Origin: Porphyridium purpureum | Lineage: Eukaryota | Reading direction: 5' to 3' | DNA: 64,000 bases | Assembly: GCA_008690995.1 (NCBI GenBank) | Contig: VRMN01000001.1 | Location: 2,480,001-2,544,000, forward strand | Shown here: one piece after another, positions 1-10,684 of the stretch | Numbering within the stretch: the stretch's first letter is position 1 | Layout of the letters: each line of letters begins with the position of its first letter | Translations under genes and position numbers: made by a program | Notes under the pieces: model-generated | Told to the model about the DNA's origin: nothing | Seen by the model: the letters and a program-made list of their open reading frames with translations, nothing else | Databases searched by the model: none

Positions 1-76
1 CCCGGGCTGGTCGTCATCGCCGAACAATAGCGGGATCAAACCAATTGAGTATTATGGTGCTCCCCCGTTCTCTCCA

Positions 77-739
77 ATGGTTCCACCGCCGAGACTGCCA
101 TCCAAATTGGTTGCGCCTATGGAGCCGTGCCCGAGCTCTGCGACCAAGCCGGCGTCGTACTTTCAGCCGCTTCATCATGATGTGACTTCCGGCTTCGCTG
201 TCGCAGCCGCGACAGACACCGCGCCGCAGGCACTCCCTGGCGTCGACGTATTTTCGCGCATGGTGGCTCAGGCTGGGCGGGAACGGATGAACGCGGGTTT
301 AAATGCGGAAACCGGGGGAAATTATGCGATGCTTTCTACTGGTGTGCGAGTCTGGCAGCAGCAGCAAGCCCAAGGAGGAGAAAAAGGCCGTGTGGTTTTG
401 CTGGACCTAGACCTCAATCTGGATTTGCAGCCAGCTGAGACGCAGCTGCCGCCCCGGCAGCAGATGCAAAGTCTTGCACATAGGCAATATCCCGTCCATC
501 AGCAGATCTTGGGGGGTTCGACTGGCGGTGCCACACCGAGCGCGGCCGCACCAGCACTGAAGCATTTTGAAGTACTCCGCGCTCAGGGCGCAATGAACCC
601 GTCGGAGTTTGGTGCCCTGACCGGAAACGGAGGCCGCAGCCCACTCGAACCTTTTACCCCATTCCCAGACAGTACTAGAGGCGCATCGGACCCAAGTGGT
701 CTCATAAGATTTCACGGCGCGTCATCTCCACAGTTTTAG
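77..739 (+). CDS. Hypothetical Pro/Gln/Ala-rich protein (possibly the 3' part of a gene starting before the window)
   Basis: 220-aa ATG-initiated ORF converging on the RPP21-like gene; no recognisable domain, contains LDLDLNLDL. Confidence 0.4.
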   Translation: MVPPPRLPSKLVAPMEPCPSSATKPASYFQPLHHDVTSGFAVAAATDTAPQALPGVDVFSRMVAQAGRERMNAGLNAETGGNYAMLSTGVRVWQQQQAQGGEKGRVVLLDLDLNLDLQPAETQLPPRQQMQSLAHRQYPVHQQILGGSTGGATPSAAAPALKHFEVLRAQGAMNPSEFGALTGNGGRSPLEPFTPFPDSTRGASDPSGLIRFHGASSPQF

Positions 740-773
740 GCACGCGCGTGTGGATAAAAATTAGGTCAGCTGC

Positions 774-1625
774 TTATAAGTTCGGCGTAACTGCGCTGAA
801 AAGGAACGAGCCCCCGGGTCCCAATCCGACCGGTGTCACACGCCCGGAGCCTCCTCCTCCTCCTCCTCCTCTTTCTCCTCCGAGGGATCTTCTCTTCGAC
901 CCCGGCGTGGAAGAGTCGCGTGAGGGGGGTGCATCCTTTATTCGACTGGAGCATGCTCGGTCGGGGGTTTTGTTGGTCCGAATGTTCGATTCGCGGTGCT
1001 TCAGCCCCATCGCATGCATCGGAGTCGGCACAGGCGTTGATGCTGGACTCACGAGAGTTGCCGTAGAAGCGGGCTCCGTCAGGAACTTTCTGAAACCACA
1101 AACTTTGCACACTACCACAAGGGCTACGCTACGCGGAGCTCGCTGTTTCGGGACAACAACTCTCCTTCGCGCAGCGTTTTTCACGCGTTTACCCCCTCTC
1201 TGCCTGTGGCGTGTCGTGCTTCGTGTGTAGACGCGTATCGCATTCGGCGGTTGTGTTTGAAGCGCAAAACAGACCGTGCAAAACAGTTTGCGCACACCCG
1301 GTGCCAGAACCAATTTCGAATCGAACGGCGCCCCGGCCTCTGCCATCCTGCTCCGAAAAGTGGCGTCGGGCCCGTCACCGCCGGCAAGCCAAACGGGTCC
1401 GCCTCGATTCACGTCACGCGAGTATCCTCGTGCAGCCATGCGAATGCCCATGCTCACTCTCTGTGCTGCGAGCACGGCAGTCTCGCTGCCCTGTGGGTTA
1501 GGCGATCGTGTCGTTTTGGGATCGCTCAACGCTTCAGTCTGGTCCCAACCGCCAAGCAGCAGCTGCGCGCACTTTAGCGCGTGCTGCGCCGCGTCCAGTT
1601 CGGCACTTTTGACGCCTGTCTCCAT
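774..1625 (-). CDS. RPP21: RNase P/MRP subunit Rpp21/Rpr2-like zinc-binding protein
   Basis: LAPGVRKLFCTVC ... VVVCKVCGFRK: two CxxC pairs in Rpr2-like context; basic C-terminal tail. Confidence 0.7.
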   Translation of the reverse strand: METGVKSAELDAAQHALKCAQLLLGGWDQTEALSDPKTTRSPNPQGSETAVLAAQRVSMGIRMAARGYSRDVNRGGPVWLAGGDGPDATFRSRMAEAGAPFDSKLVLAPGVRKLFCTVCFALQTQPPNAIRVYTRSTTRHRQRGGKRVKNAARRRVVVPKQRAPRSVALVVVCKVCGFRKFLTEPASTATLVSPASTPVPTPMHAMGLKHRESNIRTNKTPDRACSSRIKDAPPSRDSSTPGSKRRSLGGERGGGGGGGSGRVTPVGLGPGGSFLFSAVTPNL

Positions 1626-1759
1626 TCTTTCCTCGCCACCTGCGCCGTCAGTCAGGGCGAAATTGAAACAACTCCTGTTCGGCGCGAGTAATCATTCGCC
1701 ACATCTCCAGGAAGGACGCTCGTGTGTCTTTGCTTGATGGATTGTCTTTGCCGAACGTA

Positions 1760-3034
1760 ATGGTGGCGTCTGCGGTATTCATTCTCGACTCGCGGGGCAA
1801 AGCCCTGATTTCGCGGAACTTCCGCGGGGACGTGCCGATGAACTGCGTGGGCGAGTTTCGGCGCGTGGCGATTGACGTGGCAGACGCGCACAGCGTCAAG
1901 CCACTGAATCGGATCGAGGAAAAGGGTTACACGTTTGTGCACATTCGGCAGGAGGACGTCTACTTGCTTGCTGTGACGCGGCGCAATGCAAATGCGGCAA
2001 CGCTGATCGCGTTCCTTTACAAGCTGGTCGAGGTGATGACTGTCTACTTCAAGCGGGTAAACGAGGAGGCGGTCAAAGATAACTTTGTGATTGTGTACGA
2101 GTTGCTAGACGAAATGATGGATTTTGGGTATCCGCAAGTGTCAGAGCCGCGCGTGCTCAAGGAGTATATCACACAAGAATCGCACATCAAGGACTATGCA
2201 CGACCGCCGCCGGCCGTGACCAACGCAGTGAGCTGGCGCTCGGAAGGCATCAAACATGCGCGAAACGAAATCTTTCTGGACGTCATTGAGAAGCTCAATA
2301 TTTTGATTTCAGGGTCAGGAAATGTTCTACGCTCCGAGGTGCACGGCTCGATGCGGGTCAAGTCGTACCTGAGCGGGATGCCAACGTGCAAGCTTGGGCT
2401 CAACGACAAACTGCAGTTTGACTCGACAGGCATGCGCGCCTCGCACGCCGTCGAGCTGGAGGATATCAAATTTCACCAGTGCGTGCGACTGAACGAATTT
2501 GAACAGACCAAGAATATCCTTTTCATTCCACCGGACGGCGAGTTTGAGCTCATGAGCTACCGCCTGAACACGCAGGTGCGCCCTATCATCTGGGTTGACG
2601 CCGTGATCGAACAGCGTGTGAGCCGCGTCGACTACCTGGTTAAGGCGCGCACGCAAATCCCACCGGGAACGGTGGCGCGCGATGTCAAGATCATCGTGCC
2701 CGTACTGCCGGACGTGTCCAGTCCCGAATTCCGCAACAAGTCTGGCCGCGTCAAGTACAATGCGGCTAACGATACGCTGGAGTGGCACATCCGCAAATTC
2801 AAGGCAGACACCGAACTGGACATGCGCGGCTGGTTCTGCCTGCCGTCTGTCGGCGAGGATGCGCAGCGCGACGCCTCCACTCGTCGACCCATCCAGGTCC
2901 AATTCGAGGTACCATACTACGCTATCTCAGGCACCCAGGTGCGCTACCTCAAAATCACAAACATCGACTATCCCGCGTTGCCTTGGGTCCGCTATGTCAC
3001 GCAGGCGGGCGACTACACTATTCGGCTAGTATAG
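1760..3034 (+). CDS. AP1M1: AP-1 adaptor complex mu subunit
   Basis: SAVFILDSRGKALISRNFRGD, DNFVIVYELLDEMMDFGYPQ, FIPPDGEFELMSYRL, ALPWVRYVTQAGDY; first in-frame ATG at 1760. Confidence 0.96.
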   Translation: MVASAVFILDSRGKALISRNFRGDVPMNCVGEFRRVAIDVADAHSVKPLNRIEEKGYTFVHIRQEDVYLLAVTRRNANAATLIAFLYKLVEVMTVYFKRVNEEAVKDNFVIVYELLDEMMDFGYPQVSEPRVLKEYITQESHIKDYARPPPAVTNAVSWRSEGIKHARNEIFLDVIEKLNILISGSGNVLRSEVHGSMRVKSYLSGMPTCKLGLNDKLQFDSTGMRASHAVELEDIKFHQCVRLNEFEQTKNILFIPPDGEFELMSYRLNTQVRPIIWVDAVIEQRVSRVDYLVKARTQIPPGTVARDVKIIVPVLPDVSSPEFRNKSGRVKYNAANDTLEWHIRKFKADTELDMRGWFCLPSVGEDAQRDASTRRPIQVQFEVPYYAISGTQVRYLKITNIDYPALPWVRYVTQAGDYTIRLV

Positions 3035-4574
3035 TTGAGTCAAGAGCTTTACGCAAAGTGTACTTCAATACAAAAGTATGCGAGCTCATTTTCTCGTCGT
3101 CTTGGTCCACAAACAAACCTTTTGTCGTGTCGCACGAAAACAAAAGCTTCAAAACAGTGTTCAAGTGCCGCATGAATGCAAAGACTGGCAAAGCAAGCGA
3201 GCTAGACCGGAAACAATGGAAGCTCATTGTACGCGGGTATCTCAACCTGCGAGCAAAGCTGGAGAACCAGTTGTGGAGCGCGTCCGTGAGTACGTCAAGT
3301 TGGCACCCACAGCACACGAAGGCCTCGCGGACGAAAATTTCGAAGGGGGTGGTTTCACCACCGCAGTATTTGCGACAGCATCCTTGGGAATTCAGAGCTT
3401 AGCTCTCCACTTGAGTGCGCGAATCGTTGGCCCTAAATGCGTCAAGTTGGCTCTGAGATCGCTTCGTCTCGTCACTTCGTGCTCGCCATGATTTGGACAG
3501 ATCCGAGTGTGAATCCATCGCATCGATGTCCTTCCGCGCCTGCTCTGTCGGTGTGTGTAATCTCGGATTGCATGTCGAGCCTCGCATCAGAAGTGCAGGA
3601 GAAATGCTTTCTCTTTCCTCGGAGCTCACTGCTCAAGACGCGCTTCTTTTGTTTTATTCGCTCTGGAAAGCTGCCTCTTTTTATACAATTTCAGATCTGT
3701 CTTTCCGCATCCCTTCCCAGACGGATGCGTGTAACATCTGCCGCGTCAAAAACGCACGGTGCCAAGTGTAGCTCAGGCCTGCTACACTCGCAGTCAGGCG
3801 AGTCGACTTCAACAGGGAACGGGTCCGCGGCTTGAGCTCCAAACATGGCTCAATAGTCCTGACGGGCATACTGAAACATGAGACAATTTACTTCCAAAGT
3901 GTGCCGCATGCGAATGATGGATCATGCCGCAAGACGTCTCTGACGAAGCACAAAAGCCGCGAGCGACAGATCTACTTGAACCCTGCGTTGCGCTTTTCTG
4001 CCCCGAAGGAAGTGAAGGCAAGCAGTCAAAAAAGGCCTGCCCTGAAGCCGGCCATATTATCTCGCGTGTTCAGGCATCAAGGTGCATATTCAAGCACGAA
4101 ACTTAAGTCTCTTCTGGATCGGACCTTCCTCTCTTGCAGTCTTACTCGTAGATGCATCGGTTGCACAAATCGCGCCCTTGTTCGCAGTCGCACACAGTGC
4201 ATTGCTCGAAAACGGGCGGACACGTCTTTCTCAAGAAAATTCTAAAACTTTAAAGCCTCCTTCGTGCTTTGAATTTCAAGACATGTATCAATTGTAACTT
4301 TTCGTCTTCAGGTGTCGCCTTCAAGGCAATTACCCGTCTGCATGACCCAGACTTTACAAAGGGAGTGCCCTACTTGTACTTTCGCTCTGCAGCTTACGCA
4401 CCACTCCTTAGGCCGCAGTCCGGTGGGACGAGCTACATAGGTCATATGAAGGAAGAGAATGCAGCTTCAACACAACCTCGGCCTAATCATGCGCAAGATC
4501 AAAGCAACCGGTACAGCAAATGCATCTGCAGTTTTGCTGTTCTTACGGCCCAAAAGCCTTCTTTCGTTTCCGTG

Positions 4575-7076
4575 CTATTGAGGCGTAATTGGATGGCGCC
4601 CAATCTCATATTCACGATACAGGTCTGCAAAAAAGTTCACCGCGTACAGAGCCCCGGCCATGCTTACATGTCGATCGTCTTGCATGAGGGATACACCATC
4701 AACGCTCCACTTGAAGAGGTTCTCATTCGAGCCTGGCCGCACCCGAAAAACGTCTGCAAGATCCACGAACGGCAAGCCCAATACGTTCTCCACGTACCAG
4801 CGCGAATTCACATAATCCTCGTAACAATCCGTACCTGCATTTTCTATACAGTCTTCCTTTGGCGGTGCAAGACTCGGCAAACACTTGCCCACCTTCTTCT
4901 GCGGCAAAATTCCAATGAAGACCGCACGCAGACCGCGACTCTTGATATAATCTGCTTCTTCCTTGAACACCATGGATTTCGGATTACTCGCCATGTATTT
5001 CGGCCACAGAATCGTCTTAAAGCTTAAGAGGACCACGCTCCCTGCTGGAAGCGCGTCGATCGCCTTGCGTGCCGCGAATCCAGCGAGCTGACACGCCTGC
5101 TTTTCAATAGAACCTGACGGATTGTACCTCTCCGGAGTCATGTCTGCCCATCTCTTCTTGAATTCCAGCCAACATGCCACATTATTTATGGACCAGATCG
5201 ACGTTCCGAGATCCTTCCCAACAAAAGAAAGTACCGGCATCAGCGATCCTACTTCGCTGTCCCCGATAATCAAAGCGCTCGGGACCTTACTTGGGTCGCC
5301 CAGCACGCATGGATACATCCCTCCCAGCGCAACTTCCGACGCTTTGCCACCCTTCTTCTCGCACCACCAGAAGTGGCGCACGCCATAAGTCCTCACCAAA
5401 TCCCAAGCCACAGCCATGGTCATTCCTTCGTTAGGAGTCAACTGGCGCTTCAGCGGCAGCGGCGCAGCGCGTTCAATGTGCTCGATCACGGTCCTCCAAT
5501 CGGCGACTTCACGCGATGCGATGGACGCGTTCCGCCAGCGGGCGGGCGGGAATTTTTCAGTCAGCTGACCATTCGGCCAGCGCTCTAGTGCCATCCGCGA
5601 CACATTCACCATGGCGCGCGGAAAGTAGACCTTATGTCCGTCCTTCCATTTCGGCTCATAGATCAACTCGTACAGCGGACTATGCGAGCCAATCTGTTCA
5701 GGCTCCTGCATCAGCAGATCACTGCTGCTTGTGCTCGTTTTCGGTATCAGATTAAGCACGCCCAGAGCGCCATTCATAAAGAGAGTGTATAGTACTGTGC
5801 CCAGCGCGCCGACCACAACGAGCCCCATGCTCATCCAATACTTCGAAGGCACACTATCACGGATCCGTAGGCGCTTTTCGACCACAAAATACTGTGCCAT
5901 GCCCACCACTACCGTTAGCAAGACCATCAGCGACCAGTGGTCCAACCAGCCGTGCGCAAAGGGTATGGTGTTGGCCACAAAGCCCAGAAACACACGGACG
6001 GGCCAGTGCACAAGATACATCGTGTACGAAACACGCCCGACATACGTCATCGCGCTGTTCGACAGCACAAGACGGGCCACACTCGACCGCGGAAACAGGA
6101 TCAGAAGCATCGTACCGAGCAGCGTGGGTAACGCTTTCATGCCCGACGGGAGGCTGCCGAGAAGGCCAGACCATCCGCCCTCATCGCCAAGACGCTCCCG
6201 CCCGAGGTAGAAGAAGGACGCCACACACGTGGTCAGGCCGACGACGCCTGCGGCCTCCACTGCTACGCCTTCATGCTCCTGGAAATGCTCCGAGAGCCCG
6301 AGCAGAGCAGCGCCCACAGAAAACTGGTACACACGCGAAGGCAGCAGGAAGAACGCACCTGAAGGATCGTTTTGCTCCCAATACCAAGTCAAAACGAAGC
6401 TCACCGCAGCAAGCAGCCCAAATGTCGCACCCCATGCCACTCGTCGTCCGTTGCCCAGCATGCGCGCGAGCAGCAGCAGCAGCCCCGGCCACAGTAAGTA
6501 GAACTGCTCCTCCACTGAAAGTGACCACGTGTGCAGTAGCGGCTTTAACTCGGCGCCACTGTCCCAATACCCGGCCTCAAAGTAGAACAGTACATTCGAC
6601 ACGGACACCATACTGGCCATCACGGATCGCAACGCCTGCTCCAGGAGGCTGCCAGAATACAGGCACAGTGCAGCCACCAGCACACACAGTGTGGTACACA
6701 GCGAGCTCGGGTACAGCCGCCAGAAGCGCTTGCGGTAAAACGCGGGCAGCGAGAAGATGCCTTTCACCACATCGTCAAGAATATTTCGCGTGACCAGAAA
6801 GCCAGACAAGAGAAAAAACATATCCACACCAATGAATCCCCCTGATCCGAAACCGTCCGTCCCAAAATGAAACATGAGGACGCCACCGAGTGCGAGTGCG
6901 CGCAGGCCATCCAGGTGCGTCAAGTAGCTCGGGTGCGGAGCCGCGCGCTCTGTTGGAAGCGACTTTCCCAATCCGAGCTCGGCATCCTGCTTGCACTGCT
7001 TGAATCCGAGAAACGCAGGCGCGTGCCCGCCATCCTCGATGCTGAATGTCGACTCGACGTCTGACTTTATCGTCAT
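4575..7076 (-). CDS. Acyltransferase-3 + SGNH domain O-acyltransferase (OafA/OatA-like)
   Basis: LDGLRALA, GVDMFFLLSGFLVT, FYRKRFWRLYP, LLHTWSLSVEEQFYLLWP, SYTMYLVHWP; C-terminal GDS and DDRH (DxxH) SGNH motifs. Confidence 0.92.
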   Translation of the reverse strand: MTIKSDVESTFSIEDGGHAPAFLGFKQCKQDAELGLGKSLPTERAAPHPSYLTHLDGLRALALGGVLMFHFGTDGFGSGGFIGVDMFFLLSGFLVTRNILDDVVKGIFSLPAFYRKRFWRLYPSSLCTTLCVLVAALCLYSGSLLEQALRSVMASMVSVSNVLFYFEAGYWDSGAELKPLLHTWSLSVEEQFYLLWPGLLLLLARMLGNGRRVAWGATFGLLAAVSFVLTWYWEQNDPSGAFFLLPSRVYQFSVGAALLGLSEHFQEHEGVAVEAAGVVGLTTCVASFFYLGRERLGDEGGWSGLLGSLPSGMKALPTLLGTMLLILFPRSSVARLVLSNSAMTYVGRVSYTMYLVHWPVRVFLGFVANTIPFAHGWLDHWSLMVLLTVVVGMAQYFVVEKRLRIRDSVPSKYWMSMGLVVVGALGTVLYTLFMNGALGVLNLIPKTSTSSSDLLMQEPEQIGSHSPLYELIYEPKWKDGHKVYFPRAMVNVSRMALERWPNGQLTEKFPPARWRNASIASREVADWRTVIEHIERAAPLPLKRQLTPNEGMTMAVAWDLVRTYGVRHFWWCEKKGGKASEVALGGMYPCVLGDPSKVPSALIIGDSEVGSLMPVLSFVGKDLGTSIWSINNVACWLEFKKRWADMTPERYNPSGSIEKQACQLAGFAARKAIDALPAGSVVLLSFKTILWPKYMASNPKSMVFKEEADYIKSRGLRAVFIGILPQKKVGKCLPSLAPPKEDCIENAGTDCYEDYVNSRWYVENVLGLPFVDLADVFRVRPGSNENLFKWSVDGVSLMQDDRHVSMAGALYAVNFFADLYREYEIGRHPITPQ

Positions 7077-8761
7077 GTTCTCTCACACCGGATACAGAAT
7101 CACACTCTTACCCACACGGATCCATGGTGGCCCCGCCAGACGACATCCGGCCTTCAAGTACCCGAACCCCCACACATGCAGTTCTGGTCATCAACCAGGG
7201 GCTCGCGCACGTCCGTTCCACACATTCGGATTGTATATGAAAATTGCGTCACCGACAATGCGTCTTGCGGAATGCGTCTGTCAGTTTGTGCGCGACCGCG
7301 TGACGCTGATTTGCACGTCACCACGTAGAGGACACGCACCGCGTCGCGTCATAGGAACCCCTCGATACACCCTTGTAAACGGACTGTACATACGTTGACA
7401 TCCATGTGGAATAAGCCATTCTCGGCGCGCCGGCGTCTACCGTGAAGCGCGGGCTGATGCGCTCGGCCATTGTCCCACACGCCTCGCTCGTGCACTTGTC
7501 GGCTGCCAGCTTCCTATCGAGCGGCGGCTGCGGGCAGGCCGGGGTGCGAACGCGCGCATGAGCCGCAAACGGAAACAATTTCTCTCCCGCTGAGGAAATC
7601 GAACTGCCGGTAAGGCTTGTTCTTGCTTTCTCTGGAATTTGCCAAACTCGAAGTCCGACCAGAGCGGAAACATCGTCGACGAATCGCCGTCCCCTGACCG
7701 CGCTTCCTCAAAAATGGTCGGACCCTGCGCCGAACGCACCGCCGCCCTTGCATGCTGAGCCGAGGCAAAGAAAGAGTGAGGGCGTACGATCGATGAGTTT
7801 CCACCGGTACGTCATAGCAGATGTCAAATACGCTGGTTATCAAACCCTCCGCTCCCCCTGGCTTTGCCGATGCCACCAGCATCTTACACTGACGGAGGTG
7901 CGGTACACACAGCCGCCTTGCCGGAAACTTGTGGCCCCGGGCCTTCACGACTGAGTCCTATCTCTGCATTCAATGTAGCACGACGGCAATCTTCCGATCG
8001 GCCGGGTCATTTCAGAGCCTGCTCGAGTCGCGAGGTACCTGTCGCGAGCTTGGTGTGTGTCGGCGTCGCCGTGACTGCCTTGTTCGCCAAGTCCCTGAGA
8101 CTGCGGATTCTACCGCGGCAGGTCGCTGCCTAAGGCAGACTTTGTGTACGGTGCTCCCAGTCAAGCACTCTTGCGCACAGGAGGTGTGCAAGGCGACTGA
8201 CTCGGCATCTCTCCCGGTGGCTCAACTCTGCAGCGAAGGCCTTCCACCGACCCGCGAATATCGCATGTTTATCTTGACGCGGTTTTTCTACTAATTCACG
8301 AATTCAGATAGCCAGGCATCAGAGCTAGCGCGCTGCTTTACGGCATGCAAAAAATGATGCGCTGACAACGCCCCAACCACCACGGTGCAGATGCTTGTAT
8401 GTACAGACACGTCCTGAGTCCATCGGAGAAAAAACACTCGACGTTGGCGCGTTATCTTGGTGCTCACGCGGGTCCCGATTTTCCTTTCCCTTGCCCGCTT
8501 TGATTTGAAGCGAGAACGCAAGTATTCTAATACAAAGCGGACCCATGAATGCGCAATTGCATTGACATCCTGGAGAGGTACAGCTTTGAGTTTGGTGCGG
8601 ATGGCGTGCCGTGTTTGTTCCAGCACGAGCTGGAGGAGAGTGACATGGTGGGTTGATAAGAGAGAGAGAGAGAGAGAGGGATTAGGTGTAGGGTGTATTG
8701 TGTAGGGTGTAGGGTGCAACGTGTGTCGATGTGGCAAGCCGACATGGATCGGCAGAACGGC

Positions 8762-10468
8762 ATGGCGTTTGTAAGCGCGGCGGTGTGCGCGCGTGGAGTG
8801 CGTGCGCACAAGAAGCGGGATGGGTGGCACGGCTTACCGGACACGCACGGCTTGACGCGTGGCGGCTGCGCGCAGTCGCGCGTGACTCGTGCCACCAGCC
8901 GCCGGCTCGTTGTGATGGGGGGCGTCGAGGTCGACCGGAAGGAGCCAGTCGCGCTTGCCGCAGCGGCCGCGCTCATTCGCGACGTCAAATTTTCCAGGCG
9001 CGCGACCGCGGTGATTGCGGCTCCTCCGGGCTCCGGCGGCAAGCCGACGAAGAAAAGGCGCACACGGCGAGGAGGCAAAAGGGCGCAGCGTTCCAAGCAG
9101 GCCTCGGCGCAGCGAGCACCTGCAGAGGGGGTGAAGGACGAACAGCCGAGAGCCAACTCGTACGTCTCCGCGGGCGCCCCGGGCGTCGGAGAAGGGAGCG
9201 GTCTGGACAGTGCTGTTCGGGCGACGCCAAGCGTCAGTGCCGCGCAGAGGCTCGTTAGCTCTGCATCCATGATGTATCGAAGACCAGACGGAAGCAGTGC
9301 AGTGAAGAATGAGCCGGGGCAACTGGTTCGTCTCCTCGAATTCCTCCGCGGGTTAGGCTTATCCATTGAAGATTGCGGACGCCTCGTGAAGCGCCGTCCA
9401 GAGCTTTTGCGGCTGTCCATTCCGCGCACCACCGAACCGTATCTCGAGTATCTCCGACGCGAGCCTCTCTCCATGAATCAAGACCAAGTTCGGCTCACAA
9501 TCCGGCACGCGCCACAGATCTTCTCAAAGCGTTTGCGAGACTTTCGGCCTCGCATGGAGTTCTTACGAAATCAACTGATGGTGGAGCCGGCTGAACTAGC
9601 CGCCGGGATGAGCAAGTCACCGCACGTGCTTTGGATGGACCTTGTGACGGCGCGAAGCGCCTTGGAATGGCTCGAGGCGTTCATGTCGCCCGAAGAAGCC
9701 GTGCAAGTCGCTCGGGCGAACCTTTCGGTGCTACTAAGCGGGCCAGAAGCCATGCAGAAGAAAGTGGAGTGGCTAGAGGAACAAGTAGGTGGCTTGAGTA
9801 AGGATGAACTGCGTGCTATTGTGATCGCATTCCCTCTGCTATTTATGTACAGGGCTGAACAGTCTATGCAGCGCCGTATTGATTTTCTTCGCAAGAACTT
9901 GCGCCTTCCTTTAGCTTGCGTGTCGACAATAATTAAGAGCGCGCCACAGACGCTTGAGCTTGGTGTTGCTAGCGACCTGGCTGTCACTGCAAAATTACTG
10001 CGGGAAGAGAGCGGCATTGTTCACTCCGATAACGAATTCACAAGCATTTTACAAGCAGCGCCAAAAGTGTTTGTTACTGACATTTCGCAGCGGATTACGT
10101 GCTTGCGAGAAACATGTGGTCTCGATCAGGATGAAATTCGGGCCGTGGTGCTTGCATTTCCGCCGACATTACTTTTGTCAGTCGACAGGAGCCTGATTCC
10201 CAAGTGGAATGTGTTGACCAAAACGCTTGGTATGTCAAAGGATGCTCTCCAAGAGATTCCAGCTTTCTTTAGCGTGAGTTTGGAGCGCGTCCTGCTGCCT
10301 CGCTTTGGCTTTCTCACGTCAAAAAACCTCCCCACCCCGTCCCTTGCGGTGCTCATCTCAGGGTCAGATGAAGAGTTTTGCCGAAACGTTGCGCATGCCG
10401 AATTGGCAGAGTTTACGGCGTTTTGTGACGAAGGTTCATGGCTGTTGATGTACGGGGCCATACTATAG
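8762..10468 (+). CDS. mTERF family protein, probably plastid-targeted
   Basis: Repeated ~35-aa mTERF units (FPPTLLLSVDRSLIPKW, PAFFSVSLERVLLPRFGFL, SDEEFC); MAFV- transit-peptide-like start at ATG 8762. Confidence 0.9.
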   Translation: MAFVSAAVCARGVRAHKKRDGWHGLPDTHGLTRGGCAQSRVTRATSRRLVVMGGVEVDRKEPVALAAAAALIRDVKFSRRATAVIAAPPGSGGKPTKKRRTRRGGKRAQRSKQASAQRAPAEGVKDEQPRANSYVSAGAPGVGEGSGLDSAVRATPSVSAAQRLVSSASMMYRRPDGSSAVKNEPGQLVRLLEFLRGLGLSIEDCGRLVKRRPELLRLSIPRTTEPYLEYLRREPLSMNQDQVRLTIRHAPQIFSKRLRDFRPRMEFLRNQLMVEPAELAAGMSKSPHVLWMDLVTARSALEWLEAFMSPEEAVQVARANLSVLLSGPEAMQKKVEWLEEQVGGLSKDELRAIVIAFPLLFMYRAEQSMQRRIDFLRKNLRLPLACVSTIIKSAPQTLELGVASDLAVTAKLLREESGIVHSDNEFTSILQAAPKVFVTDISQRITCLRETCGLDQDEIRAVVLAFPPTLLLSVDRSLIPKWNVLTKTLGMSKDALQEIPAFFSVSLERVLLPRFGFLTSKNLPTPSLAVLISGSDEEFCRNVAHAELAEFTAFCDEGSWLLMYGAIL

Positions 10469-10684
10469 ATGGTCGCGCAATCCATTGCCTCGTAGACTCG
10501 GATCGCGCCATCGGGCTCAACTAGGGCAAGTTTTCTTGTGATCAATAGTAAACAGAACGAACGTTGCAGGAGGACGCCGTGACTTCCTTTTTTTTATCAG
10601 CTGGATACGCAACGAGTGAGCGATCTTGGATTCAAAGCGGGTTTGTGTACGACAGCATGAAGTTCGCAGCTTTGCTGACCTGCC

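Noticed and set aside
400..430. EAR-like repressor motif LDLDLNLDL in the first ORF
   Set aside because: Short motif in an unverified ORF with no DNA-binding domain visible
8660..8716. (GA)n tract plus TAGGGTG repeats as an interstitial telomere
   Set aside because: Only 3-4 imperfect units in a 5' region; simple low-complexity sequence
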